From: an uncultured Gammaproteobacteria bacterium
GTDB lineage: Bacteria; Pseudomonadota; Gammaproteobacteria; UBA4575
Direction of reading: 5' to 3'
Length of the DNA: 59,047 bases
Assembly (NCBI GenBank): GCA_905479295.1
Contig: CAJQLY010000022.1
Span: 1 to 59,047 of the forward strand
A program made the translations under genes and the position numbers. Every line of letters starts with the position of its first letter. The stretch's first letter is position 1. Below are positions 40,410 through 50,904 of this stretch, in pieces. A model generated the notes under the pieces. The model was not told where the DNA came from, searched no databases, and saw only the letters and a list, made by a program, of their open reading frames with translations.

Positions 40410-42182
40410 TCAAATGCAATCTACGTGCTCTTGCAACCAAAGTTCCAATAGCGCCATGTGCCATAACTTACTGCCTTGTAATCGCGTGTGATACTGATCA
40501 GGCGCAGCCAGTAAACGATCAATATAGTCTCTATTAAAGAGCCCGCGCTGACGACAAGCTGTTGAATTAAGCGCATCATTAACCATCGCTAAAAACTCAC
40601 CACGTACATATTTCAATGCTGGCATAGGGAAATAACCCTTGGGTCGGTCAATCACACTATCAGGGATCAAACCACGCGCGATCGCTTTTAATGGATATTT
40701 ACCTCCTTCACGCAACTTAAGCTCTGCTGGCATCTGCATCGCAAGCTCTACTAACTGATGATCTAAAAAAGGCACACGTGCCTCTAAGCCCCACGCCATA
40801 GTCATACTGTCGACACGTTTAACTGGGTCATCAACAATTAGCGTGCCTACATCAAAGCGTAATACCGCATCCATAAATGTATCGGCATGTTTTGTCTCCA
40901 ACGCCTTTCTGACTAAAGCACTGGTGTAATCTTGATCGACATAATTAGCGTGCACCGTTTCACTATATTCAGTGAAGTCACGATCAAAATAATGATCTGC
41001 AAATCGACGCAAGGGATTCCCTTTTGCAGCATTCATCTGCGGATACCAGAAATAACCAGCAAATAGTTCATCTGCTCCTTGGCCTGACTGTACGACTTTA
41101 ATATCCTGTGAGACCTGTTCAGCCAACAAATAAAAAGCAACTGCGTCTTGTGCCACCATAGGCTCTGGCATATGTGCAATCGCTTCCGGTAATCGCTGTA
41201 AAACCTGACCATTGGGTATGTAGTGACGCTGATGATCGGTAGCAAAAGCCTCGACTACAGCATCGGAATACTCAAATTCATTACCACGCTCTTCCGGCTG
41301 ATCCTCAAAACCAACTGAATAGGTCTTTACCGCAGCATGGCTCTGCGCTAACAAACCCACTAGCAGGCTTGAATCCAGCCCACCTGAGAGCAACACACCA
41401 ACCGGTACATCGGCAACCTCATTACGTCGATCAACCGCTAGCTGCAAAGCTGCTCGGGTCTGCTCAATCCAGTCCTGCTCACTTCTTTCTTCACCTCGGG
41501 TTGCAGATAGTTCCCAGTAGGATTGCACTGCACTAACGCCATCCTGGTCAACCCAAATAAAACTGCCCGGCTCTAATTTACGCAGCCCTTTTAGCATGGT
41601 GCGTGGCGCTGGCACCACCGCATGTAAAGTGAATTGATGCTGTAAAGCTTCGGCATCAATACTGGTATCAATATCACCTGTTGCAAGCAAGGCCTGTGTA
41701 TTAGAGGCAAAATTAAAGCGCTTCTGATCAACACTGTAATACAGTGGTTTAATGCCTAAACGATCCCTGGCAAGAAACAGCCGTTTTTTTCTTAAATCAT
41801 AAATTGCAAAGGCAAACATACCAATCAAGCGACTAAGGCAGGCCTCACCCCAAAGCTCAAATGCCTTAAGAATTACCTCAGTATCCCCTTGGCTTTGAAA
41901 ATGCACACCCATCGTCTGCATTTCACGACGCAACTCAGGATAGTTATAGATCGTGCCATTGAAGACAATCGCCAATGTTGAATCAGCATTAAATAATGGC
42001 TGCGCACTACTACTTGATAGATCGATTACGGCCAAGCGTCGATGTATTAACCCAACATTCTCCTTTACATAGGTACCGGCCGAATCTGGACCACGCCGCT
42101 CTAGACGTGACAACATCTTATTCATTTTATCTTTATCGACTGCCTTTGAATCAAACCGCAGCTCGCCACCAATTCCACACAT
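40410..42182 (-). CDS. Asparagine-synthase-family amidotransferase (N-acetylglutaminylglutamine amidotransferase type)
   Basis: Ntn start MCGIGGE, RGPD, LLSGGLDSS, QSGQGADE and DDPVKRVD. Confidence 0.85.
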   Translation of the reverse strand: MCGIGGELRFDSKAVDKDKMNKMLSRLERRGPDSAGTYVKENVGLIHRRLAVIDLSSSSAQPLFNADSTLAIVFNGTIYNYPELRREMQTMGVHFQSQGDTEVILKAFELWGEACLSRLIGMFAFAIYDLRKKRLFLARDRLGIKPLYYSVDQKRFNFASNTQALLATGDIDTSIDAEALQHQFTLHAVVPAPRTMLKGLRKLEPGSFIWVDQDGVSAVQSYWELSATRGEERSEQDWIEQTRAALQLAVDRRNEVADVPVGVLLSGGLDSSLLVGLLAQSHAAVKTYSVGFEDQPEERGNEFEYSDAVVEAFATDHQRHYIPNGQVLQRLPEAIAHMPEPMVAQDAVAFYLLAEQVSQDIKVVQSGQGADELFAGYFWYPQMNAAKGNPLRRFADHYFDRDFTEYSETVHANYVDQDYTSALVRKALETKHADTFMDAVLRFDVGTLIVDDPVKRVDSMTMAWGLEARVPFLDHQLVELAMQMPAELKLREGGKYPLKAIARGLIPDSVIDRPKGYFPMPALKYVRGEFLAMVNDALNSTACRQRGLFNRDYIDRLLAAPDQYHTRLQGSKLWHMALLELWLQEHVDCI

Positions 42183-42381
42183 AGGCTCTGAATATTATCC
42201 TTACTTTAAAGAACTAAACTGAAATCAGCATATACGCTGAAATAGACTTGATATCGATTCTATCGACTCGGGTCTGTTGTTGTTTTTCGAACCAAAACCT
42301 TCTATGGTCTTGAGCTAGTCGGATGTGCTTTAAGCATGCCCGAAACAACAACAAAATAAACTGTACTACTCGAGGTAAAAC

Positions 42382-42459
42382 ATGAACCCATTGAACTCCG
42401 TATTAGGAACAATCATTACCGGCATCGTCCTATCCATCATTATTATGATTCTGGTCTAG
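42382..42459 (+). CDS. Small single-TM peptide (25 aa); not in the ORF track
   Basis: GAGGT RBS; MNPLNSVLGTIITGIVLSIIIMILV*. Confidence 0.65.
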   Translation: MNPLNSVLGTIITGIVLSIIIMILV

Positions 42460-42518
42460 GCACCTCGCTAGCGTATATCGCATAACATTAATAATCAAAA
42501 TTACAGGAGTTAGATTTA

Positions 42519-43013
42519 ATGAATACTTTTGCACTAGCCGTATGGCTACATGTCTTTGTGGGCATCATCTGGATTGGACTGCTTTACTACTTTAACTTTG
42601 TGCAAGTGAGTGCAGTTGCCGCTGCGACTGCAGATACCGACGGCCCTGGCCCAGCTGCCATCGGCAAATATATAGCGCCACGTGCACTTGCTTGGTTCCG
42701 TTGGAGTGCACTAGCTACTTGGATCTCTGGCGCAGCCGCTTTGGAATATGTTGGTGGCTTAGGCACTAATATGCTCTTTACCGATGGTGTTACTGTTATC
42801 GGTATCGGCGCATGGCTTGGCACTATCATGTTACTTAACGTTTGGGGCCCAATCTGGCAAAACCAGAAGAAAATACTCGGCATTAAGCCAGCTTCTGACG
42901 CTGAGAAAGCAACTGCTAAAAAAGTGGCCTTCCTTGCATCTCGCACCAACACGGTACTATCCATCCCTATGCTAATGTGCATGGTCGGTCATGGTCATGG
43001 CTTAGTCTTCTAA
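42519..43013 (+). CDS. Urate hydroxylase PuuD-family membrane protein
   Basis: WLHVFVGIIWIGLLYYFN, WFRW, IMLLNVW..IW.NQKK and SRTNT.LSIP; AGGAG RBS. Confidence 0.8.
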   Translation: MNTFALAVWLHVFVGIIWIGLLYYFNFVQVSAVAAATADTDGPGPAAIGKYIAPRALAWFRWSALATWISGAAALEYVGGLGTNMLFTDGVTVIGIGAWLGTIMLLNVWGPIWQNQKKILGIKPASDAEKATAKKVAFLASRTNTVLSIPMLMCMVGHGHGLVF

Positions 43014-43090
43014 GAATAGGCCTTTATCGGGGCGGTTAACGTAACCGCCCCAAATGCTAGAATATTAAGTAATTTAATAGCATAATCATT

Positions 43091-43120
43091 AAACGGCAGC
43101 GGCTCTCCGCTGCCGTTTTT
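43091..43120 (+). terminator. Intrinsic terminator-like hairpin upstream of argD
   Basis: AAACGGCAGCGG-CTCT-CCGCTGCCGTTT-TT. Confidence 0.65.
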
Positions 43121-43151
43121 GGTTATAACAAAACAATTATCAGGAAAATAC

Positions 43152-44333
43152 GTGGACGCCTTACTTCCTACCTATGCACGCAAAGCAATTAGTTTCACCC
43201 ACGGTGAAGGGGCTTGGCTATGGGATGAACAGGGTGAGCGTTATCTAGACGCACTCTCTGGCATTGCTGTCTGTGGCTTGGGCCATGCCCACCCTGCGGT
43301 GGCCACAGCACTTAGCGAGCAAGCGCAAAAACTGGTGCACACATCAAATATTTACCATATTCAAAAGCAAGAACAGCTTGGCGCACGCCTCTGTGAAATC
43401 AGTGGCATGGAGAAAGTTTTTTTCTGTAATTCTGGCGCCGAGGCAAATGAAGCTGCTATTAAGCTTGCACGCATGTATGGCCATAAAAAAGGCATCCAGC
43501 AACCACATACCCTGGTATTCGAAAACAGTTTTCACGGCCGTACCATGGCCACCCTAACAGCTACTGGCAACCGAGCAGCACATGCTGGCTTTGAACCCTT
43601 AGTACCAGGCTTCATACGAGCACACTACGATAATATTGGTGCAATACGTCAACTCTGCGCACAACATAAACAACTGAGTGCCATTTTGGTCGAGCCGATT
43701 CAAGGTGAAGGTGGCATACACATCCCATCACCGGACTTCCTGCCACAGCTACGCGCCATCTGTGATGACCATGATTTGTTACTAATGATTGATGAAGTGC
43801 AAGCCGGTAATGGCCGTACAGGCACTTGGTATGGCTATCAACAAACTGACATCCTGCCAGACGTTATGACCACAGCCAAAGGTTTAGGCAATGGCGTGCC
43901 TATTGGTGCCTGCCTCACTAGGACTAAGGCTAATGACTTATTTAAACCCGGCAATCATGGCAGCACCTTTGGTGGTAACCCTTTAGCCTGTGCTGCTGGT
44001 TTAGCCGTGCTCGACACGATCGAACAGCAACAGCTTCTAGGCCATGTTACAAAAACCTCTGAGCTGTTACTAAATACCTTGAAACAGCGTTTAAGCCAGC
44101 ATCCACTGTGTCATGATATTCGAGGACAAGGCATGATGCTTGGCATAGAGTTAACTCAGCCCTGCGCTGAAATTGTAGATATTGCTTTAGAACAAAAACT
44201 CCTACTCAACGTTACGGCAGGCAAAGTAATTCGTCTACTACCACCGTTGATTATCAATAACGAACAAGTGGAACTGATTGCCGAAGGTGTGGCTCGCTGT
44301 GTCGAGATCTTTGCCGAACGCCAATCTAATTAA
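43152..44333 (+). CDS. argD: Acetylornithine aminotransferase
   Basis: [28 protein letters not shown] and HGSTFGGNP; upstream of argF; GTG start after AGGA. Confidence 0.93.
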   Translation: MDALLPTYARKAISFTHGEGAWLWDEQGERYLDALSGIAVCGLGHAHPAVATALSEQAQKLVHTSNIYHIQKQEQLGARLCEISGMEKVFFCNSGAEANEAAIKLARMYGHKKGIQQPHTLVFENSFHGRTMATLTATGNRAAHAGFEPLVPGFIRAHYDNIGAIRQLCAQHKQLSAILVEPIQGEGGIHIPSPDFLPQLRAICDDHDLLLMIDEVQAGNGRTGTWYGYQQTDILPDVMTTAKGLGNGVPIGACLTRTKANDLFKPGNHGSTFGGNPLACAAGLAVLDTIEQQQLLGHVTKTSELLLNTLKQRLSQHPLCHDIRGQGMMLGIELTQPCAEIVDIALEQKLLLNVTAGKVIRLLPPLIINNEQVELIAEGVARCVEIFAERQSN

Positions 44334-44335
44334 CT

Positions 44336-45241
44336 ATGGCTAGACATTTTCTTACCCTACTCGATTTAAGCCCAACTGAATTACAGGCTGTGATTGAACG
44401 CGCCTGTGAACTCAAAGCACTACAGTTAAAGGATGAGCTCTATGCCCCTTTTACAAATAAAACGTTGGCCATGTTATTTGATAAATCATCCACTCGCACT
44501 CGGGTTTCTTTTGAGACTGGTATGGCGCAGTTTGGTGGCCATGCCTTATTCCTTTCATCCAAAGATACCCAGTTGGGGCGCGGTGAACCAGTAGAAGATA
44601 CAGCTCGTGTTCTCTCGCGCATGGTCGATATCGTTATGATTCGTACCTTTGAGCACGCCACGGTAGAGCGCTATGCAGCAAACTCAGATATCCCAGTAAT
44701 CAATGGTTTAACCGACCTCTATCACCCCTGCCAGTTATTAGCAGATATGCAGACCTGGTATCAGTATCGCGGCTCTATTGCCGGCGCCACTGTCACGTGG
44801 ATAGGTGATGGTAATAATATGTGCCATTCTTATATCAATGCCGCCAAACAGCTCGGTTTTAAGCTTAATATCGGCTGTCCAGAAGGCTATTCGCCAGACA
44901 GTGCCATAGTCGCCTCAGCTGGTACACAGGTCGAGATCTTCCACAATGCAGAAGACGCTGCGCGTAATGCAGACCTTATCGTTACCGACGTATGGGCGAG
45001 CATGGGGCAGGAAGAAGAACAAAAATTACGTGAAAAAGCCTTCAGTAAGTTCCAAGTCAATAGCCGCCTAATGCAGCAAGCAAATAGTGATGCTTTGTTT
45101 ATGCATTGCCTGCCGGCGCATCGCGATGAAGAAGTTAGCACTGAGGTATTGGAAGGTCCTCAAAGTGTCGTTTGGGATGAAGCTGGTAATCGCTTACATG
45201 CCCAAAAAGCCTTAATTGAGTTTCTCTTATTGGCGCAATAA
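44336..45241 (+). CDS. argF: Ornithine carbamoyltransferase
   Basis: KSSTRTR, HPCQ, WASMG and HCLP. Confidence 0.97.
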   Translation: MARHFLTLLDLSPTELQAVIERACELKALQLKDELYAPFTNKTLAMLFDKSSTRTRVSFETGMAQFGGHALFLSSKDTQLGRGEPVEDTARVLSRMVDIVMIRTFEHATVERYAANSDIPVINGLTDLYHPCQLLADMQTWYQYRGSIAGATVTWIGDGNNMCHSYINAAKQLGFKLNIGCPEGYSPDSAIVASAGTQVEIFHNAEDAARNADLIVTDVWASMGQEEEQKLREKAFSKFQVNSRLMQQANSDALFMHCLPAHRDEEVSTEVLEGPQSVVWDEAGNRLHAQKALIEFLLLAQ

Positions 45242-45270
45242 ACAGCCATAGTGACGCCTATCACAACAGC

Positions 45271-45363
45271 CTAGGTGCCGGTTGGGGTTGGCTAATGTTC
45301 TTATTTGCCTTGTTTGGCACGATTACAGCTTTTGGTATTGGCAACATGGTGCAGTCCAATTCT
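45271..45363 (+). pseudogene. Internal fragment of an alanine/glycine:cation symporter (AgcS/AlsT family) gene
   Basis: Translates as LGAGWGWLMFLFALFGTITAFGIGNMVQSNS, matching the family GIGN.VQSNS segment; neither N- nor C-terminal part is present. Confidence 0.75.
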
Positions 45364-45364
45364 T

Positions 45365-46204
45365 ATGTCTAAGATTATTGAGAAAAAAGATATCACGCTT
45401 GCGGTAGCGCAAGCCTTAGCAGAAGACATGGGCAGTGGTGATATCACGGCTGCCCTTTGTTCAAACAAGCCAACTCAAGCCAAGATCATTAGCCGTGAAA
45501 CAGCCATACTTTGTGGTCAAGCTTGGTTTATTGAAAGCTTCCAGCAATTAGATAGCAGCATTATCATCGACTGGCAGCATCAGGATGGTGACCTACTGAC
45601 TGCCAATGATGTTGTCTGCCACTTACACGGCCCGGCACGTGCCTTACTTAGCGCAGAACGTACCGCCCTGAATTTCCTACAGACACTATCGGCTACAGCG
45701 ACAGTCACACATGAATTTCTACAACAGATCGCTGCAAATAGTCGCACTAAACTCTTAGACACACGCAAAACTATCCCAGGATTACGTCAGGCACAAAAAT
45801 ATGCCGTACGCTGTGGTGGTGGTATGAATCACCGCATTGGCCTATTTGACGCCTATCTGATCAAAGAGAATCATATCGCAGCCTGTGGCTCGATTATCCA
45901 GGCAGTATCTCAAGCACGCACTTTACACAGTGATCGCAGTATTGAAGTAGAAGTCGAGAATATTGATGAGTTACGTCAAGCAATCAGCGCGGGAGCCGAT
46001 CGCGCCCTACTGGATAACTTTAGCTATGAACAGGTCGAACAGGCAGTCGTTCTGGCTAATGGTGAAATTGAATTAGAGGTTTCAGGCAATATCGAAGGTG
46101 ATCAAATTGCTCGCCTATCTGCGTTACAGGTTGACTATATTTCGTCTGGCGCACTGACCAAACATATTCGCGCCATCGATTACTCGATGCGCTTTCAAAA
46201 GTAG
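45365..46204 (+). CDS. nadC: Nicotinate-nucleotide diphosphorylase (carboxylating)
   Basis: EDMGSGDIT, ERTALNFLQ, DTRKTIPG, LIKENH and LLDN; start moved to ATG 45365. Confidence 0.95.
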   Translation: MSKIIEKKDITLAVAQALAEDMGSGDITAALCSNKPTQAKIISRETAILCGQAWFIESFQQLDSSIIIDWQHQDGDLLTANDVVCHLHGPARALLSAERTALNFLQTLSATATVTHEFLQQIAANSRTKLLDTRKTIPGLRQAQKYAVRCGGGMNHRIGLFDAYLIKENHIAACGSIIQAVSQARTLHSDRSIEVEVENIDELRQAISAGADRALLDNFSYEQVEQAVVLANGEIELEVSGNIEGDQIARLSALQVDYISSGALTKHIRAIDYSMRFQK

Positions 46205-46227
46205 TAAACCTATACTCGCTCTAACGT

Positions 46228-47049
46228 TTAGGTTTGCGTCTCTCGCTTGACCTGTTGCCAACGTTGCTCTAGCTCGTCAACCGACAGTGCAGACACCTGC
46301 AGTCCTTCCGCCTTAATCTGCTGCTCCATACAGCGAAAGCGAGTTTCAAATTTTTGATTCGCTTGTTGTAGAGCATTACCGCTATCTAATTTCAAATGTC
46401 GTGAAAGGTTGACCACACTAAAAAGCACATCGCCTAGCTCATCTTCAACTGCCGCTTCTGAGACGACACCAGGTGTCTGTTCAAGCTGTGACATGGCCTC
46501 TTCAATCTCAGCCAACTCCTCATGTACTTTTAGTAATACAGCTTTGGCATCTGCCCAATCAAAGTTAACCTTTGACGCCTTTTTCTGCAGCTTATATGCA
46601 ACCACCCAGGGTCCTTGTCCAACACTAACACCCGCTAGAGCAGACTCATCTAACTCACTATTAGATGCATCACTTTGTAGCTTACGCTCTGCTAGTTTCA
46701 TCTGCTCCCAGTCAGGCTTACCAGTGGCCAACTCTGACTCCAAACCAAATACATGTGGATGCCGTCGCTGCATCTTGTGACTGATCGCTGCAACTACATC
46801 CTCAAAACAGAATGCCTTAATCTCTTCAGCCATTTGCGCGTGATAGACCACTTGCAGTAAAAGATCACCAAGTTCATCGCACAGCCCAGGCATATCATCA
46901 CGCAAGATCGCATCTACTACTTCATGTGCCTCTTCTACCGTATAAGGTGCAATCGTCTTAAAACTTTGCTGCTGATCCCATGGACAGCCGCTTTCAGGAT
47001 CACGCAGACGACGCATAATCGTTAACAACTCTTGCATCTTCTCAGTCAT
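46228..47049 (-). CDS. mazG: Nucleoside triphosphate pyrophosphohydrolase
   Basis: LRDPESGCPWD, ELGDLL, RRHPHVF and a second ELGD domain; alternative start at 47091. Confidence 0.95.
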   Translation of the reverse strand: MTEKMQELLTIMRRLRDPESGCPWDQQQSFKTIAPYTVEEAHEVVDAILRDDMPGLCDELGDLLLQVVYHAQMAEEIKAFCFEDVVAAISHKMQRRHPHVFGLESELATGKPDWEQMKLAERKLQSDASNSELDESALAGVSVGQGPWVVAYKLQKKASKVNFDWADAKAVLLKVHEELAEIEEAMSQLEQTPGVVSEAAVEDELGDVLFSVVNLSRHLKLDSGNALQQANQKFETRFRCMEQQIKAEGLQVSALSVDELEQRWQQVKRETQT

Positions 47050-47241
47050 ATTATTGTTATCCACTGTCGCCACCTTATTTAGCTGGGCCATGACAATGGC
47101 TCAATAACCCCATCATACAATATTGATCAAATAATGATGGTTATTCACTACGGCTTGTCCGCCAGCAGAATGAAACAAACAAGGCTATACTTAATGGACT
47201 CTTAAATGATCGACATAGCCACCCTTAGCCGCAATTAGAAA

Positions 47242-47967
47242 ATGCCAAAAGACGAAATTTACCGACACCCTGTAGAAACTATCGAAGACTTTTGCTTCGA
47301 TCAAACTGTCAGTGCTGCCTTCGATGACATGGTCGAACGTTCGGTACCTGGCTATCGCACCTTGATCGCTAATATCGGTCCTATTGCGGCCCACTTCCTA
47401 ACAGCAGGTGGTCGAGCTTATGACTTAGGCTGTTCTCATGGGGCAGCTTCCCTTGCTATCTTTCAGGCATTAAAAGAGAACAAAAGAAAAATCATTGCAG
47501 TAGATAGTGCCACAGCCATGATTGACGCCTGTCGTAGCCGTATTGCTGCCGCCGGGGCTGAGCAATGGATAGAGACTGAAACAGCCAAACTACAAGATGT
47601 CCCGATCGAAGATGCCGCAGTAATCGTCTTAAACCTCACCTTGCAGTTCATCCCAATTGCAGAACGAGATGACATTATCAAACAGCTTTACCAAGGTCTA
47701 AATATGGGTGGCGCCTGTATCCTGACAGAAAAAATTGAATTGGCAGCACCCGCTGATGATCAATTATTCCGTGAGCTACATGAGAACTTTAAACGTGCAA
47801 ACTTATACAGCGACCTTGAGATTAGTCAAAAACGTAAGGCCTTAGAAAATGTCTTATTACGTGAATCTTTAGCCATGCATGAACAGCGTCTACATCAGGC
47901 CGGTTTCCGTCAGGTGCAAGTTTGGTTTCAATGCTTAAGCTTTGTTTCAATACTGGCGATCAAATGA
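47242..47967 (+). CDS. cmoA: Carboxy-S-adenosyl-L-methionine synthase
   Basis: FDDMVERSVPGY, YDLGCS, TLQF and SQKRKALENV. Confidence 0.94.
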   Translation: MPKDEIYRHPVETIEDFCFDQTVSAAFDDMVERSVPGYRTLIANIGPIAAHFLTAGGRAYDLGCSHGAASLAIFQALKENKRKIIAVDSATAMIDACRSRIAAAGAEQWIETETAKLQDVPIEDAAVIVLNLTLQFIPIAERDDIIKQLYQGLNMGGACILTEKIELAAPADDQLFRELHENFKRANLYSDLEISQKRKALENVLLRESLAMHEQRLHQAGFRQVQVWFQCLSFVSILAIK

Positions 47968-48944
47968 AGTTAGAGCATTACAGTGACTTACTCCATGCCG
48001 ATCTAACTACAGCAGAATGGCAAAGGGAATTAACAGAACAGCTAGAGACCATCTTCGCTCATCCCTCTCATGGCCATTTCGATAAGTGGCTAGCGGCTGT
48101 TGATAGCCTACCTAAAGCTATCAGTACAAACTTTGACTTTACTAAAGGCGTTGCCCAAGTCGGCCACCCAGATGATTTAGACTCAGAGCATCTAACTGAC
48201 ACCATTAATGCTTTAAAGACCTTATCACCATGGCGTAAAGGCCCATTCAATTATTGTGGTATTGCTATCGATAGTGAATGGCAATGCCAACAAAAATGGG
48301 GGCGTTTTGAAAAACATCTGGGCAAGATGCATGGCAAACGTGTCCTAGATGTTGGCTGTGGCAATGGATACTACATGTTACGCATGCTGGGTGCTGGTGC
48401 CGAACAGGTTATTGGTGTGGACCCTGGCTTACTTTTTTTAGCCCAATTTCAAGCCATCATTCAGACACTTAAATGTAGGCCCAATGCTCACCTCTTACCT
48501 CTGCCTTTTGAACAGCTACCAGCTGGCTTGGACAACTTTGATCATGTGCTTTCTTTTGGTGTGCTCTATCACCGACGTCAACCAGAAGAACATCTAAGCC
48601 AACTGCATGATCGTCTGCAAGCTGGCGGTACACTCTATTTAGAGACGTTAATATTAGAAACTGAAGAGCATTGTGAGCTCGTACCAGAAGATCGCTATGC
48701 CGGCATGCGCAATGTATGGAGTATTGCTAGCCCTAGTTTTATCAAACATCAGCTCCAGAGTGTTGGCTTTGAAGATGTAGAATGCTTAGACCAAACCACA
48801 ACCAACTTAAATGAACAGCGTGCTAGTGCATGGATGACAAATTATTCATTAGAGAATTTTCTAAACCCTACCGATCACAGTAAAACCATCGAAGGCCACC
48901 CCGCACCTGTCCGTGGATTATTTCGCGCTATCAAACCAAATTAA
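47964..48944 (+). CDS. cmoB: tRNA U34 carboxymethyltransferase
   Basis: PWRKGP, IDSEW, GVLYHR, RYAGMRNVW and TIEGHPAP; ATGA overlap with cmoA. Confidence 0.95.
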   Translation: MKLEHYSDLLHADLTTAEWQRELTEQLETIFAHPSHGHFDKWLAAVDSLPKAISTNFDFTKGVAQVGHPDDLDSEHLTDTINALKTLSPWRKGPFNYCGIAIDSEWQCQQKWGRFEKHLGKMHGKRVLDVGCGNGYYMLRMLGAGAEQVIGVDPGLLFLAQFQAIIQTLKCRPNAHLLPLPFEQLPAGLDNFDHVLSFGVLYHRRQPEEHLSQLHDRLQAGGTLYLETLILETEEHCELVPEDRYAGMRNVWSIASPSFIKHQLQSVGFEDVECLDQTTTNLNEQRASAWMTNYSLENFLNPTDHSKTIEGHPAPVRGLFRAIKPN

Positions 48945-48978
48945 AAGTTTAATCGCACAATCCAAACACTTATAACAC

Positions 48979-49414
<436 letters not shown>

Positions 49415-49433
49415 AAATTTATAAGGACTATAT

Positions 49434-50726
49434 GTGAAAAAGATTACTGCTTTCTTATCTCTAGCTTTGACCAGCATCATGCTCCCTGGGCTAGCGATGG
49501 CTGATGAACTTAATGGCGCTGATACCTCCTGGATACTCACCTCAACCGCCTTAGTCTTATTTATGACTATCCCAGGTTTAGCTCTATTTTATGCTGGCCT
49601 AGTACGTAGTAAAAACGTGCTTTCTGTCCTAATGCAGTGTTTTGCTATCACCTGTGTAGCCTCTGTTTTATGGCTCATACTAGGTTATAGCCTGAGCTTT
49701 AGCGACGGTGGCAGCATGAATGCCTGGCTCGGTGGCAACGGTAACGCTATGTTAGCCAATGTCACTCGTGACAGCTTATCTGGCAACATACCTGAAACTG
49801 TTTTTGTCATGTTTCAGATGACCTTTGCGATCATTACACCAGCACTAATCGTTGGTGCATTTGCTGAACGCATGCGTTTTTCAGCGATGCTTTGGTTCAC
49901 TATTTTCTGGATGTTCTTAGTCTACTTCCCAGTCTGTCATTGGGTCTGGGGTGGTGGTTGGTTGAGCGATATGGGTGCAATGGATTTCGCTGGTGGCCTA
50001 GTCGTACATATCACTGCAGGTGTAGGTGCACTAGTTGCTGCCATCATGGTTGGTAATCGCCATGGTTTCCCAACCACACCTTTACCTCCACATAATCTAA
50101 CCATGACGGTTACCGGTGCGGGTATGCTCTGGGTCGGTTGGTTTGGCTTCAATGGCGGTAGTGCACTCGCTGCTAATGGTGATGCCGGCATGGCCATTCT
50201 AGTGACACACATCAGTGCTGCTCTAGCCTCACTCACTTGGATGTTCTTAGAGTGGATCAAATACGGCAAACCTAGCGTACTAGGTATCGTCACTGGCATG
50301 GTCGCAGGATTAGGTAGTATCACGCCTGCTTCAGGTTTTGTTGGCCCTATGGGCGCGATCATTATTGGTATCAGTGCCGGTATTATCTGCTTTAGCGCGA
50401 CTAACTTTATCAAGCGCACATTGAAGATTGATGATTCCTTAGATGTATTCCCAGTCCACGGGGTCGGCGGCATCATTGGTACTATCCTGACCGGTGTTTT
50501 TGTAGCCAGTCAATTTGGAGGAGTCGGTCTAGCCGAGGGAGTCAGTATTTCTGATCAAGTCATGATCCAAATCACTGCAGTAGGTGCAGTCATTGCATGG
50601 ACCGCTGTTGCCAGTTTCATTTGTCTCAAGGCAGCAGATTTAATTTGTGGTTTACGCATTGATCAAGAGTCTGAAACTAACGGTCTCGATATCAGTGAAC
50701 ATGAGGAGAAGGGCTACAATCTATAG
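49434..50726 (+). CDS. amtB: Ammonium transporter
   Basis: FQMTFAIIT, DFAGGLVVH, GWFGFNGGS and DDSLDVFPVHG. Confidence 0.97.
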   Translation: MKKITAFLSLALTSIMLPGLAMADELNGADTSWILTSTALVLFMTIPGLALFYAGLVRSKNVLSVLMQCFAITCVASVLWLILGYSLSFSDGGSMNAWLGGNGNAMLANVTRDSLSGNIPETVFVMFQMTFAIITPALIVGAFAERMRFSAMLWFTIFWMFLVYFPVCHWVWGGGWLSDMGAMDFAGGLVVHITAGVGALVAAIMVGNRHGFPTTPLPPHNLTMTVTGAGMLWVGWFGFNGGSALAANGDAGMAILVTHISAALASLTWMFLEWIKYGKPSVLGIVTGMVAGLGSITPASGFVGPMGAIIIGISAGIICFSATNFIKRTLKIDDSLDVFPVHGVGGIIGTILTGVFVASQFGGVGLAEGVSISDQVMIQITAVGAVIAWTAVASFICLKAADLICGLRIDQESETNGLDISEHEEKGYNL

Positions 50727-50746
50727 CCTGAGTTACTTCATTCACT

Positions 50747-50786
50747 AAAAAAGCGACCCCGAGGAAACTCTGGGGCCGCTTTTTTT
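50747..50786 (+). terminator. Intrinsic terminator after amtB
   Basis: AAAAAAGCGACCCC-GAGGAAACTC-TGGGGCCGCTTTTTTT. Confidence 0.8.
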
Positions 50787-50904
50787 CCCTTCTTTTGGGC
50801 TCTAATCCTATATATGCAGTAGTAGACCCCTTTCCTACTGATATTTTCATCAACTCTGAACAGCTTTAGTGCTATTCACTGCCACACTCACCTATAATGC
50901 CTAG

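Noticed and set aside
45305-45364. N-terminal extension of NadC in the ORF track
   Set aside because: This DNA is better explained as the symporter fragment in another frame; NadC-like sequence begins at ATG 45365.
50875-50883. TTCACTGCC, resembling the start of the type I-F CRISPR repeat
   Set aside because: Single 9-mer with no GGCAG-CTTAGAAA half and no periodic copies; it lies in the likely pcnB promoter (TATAAT just downstream).
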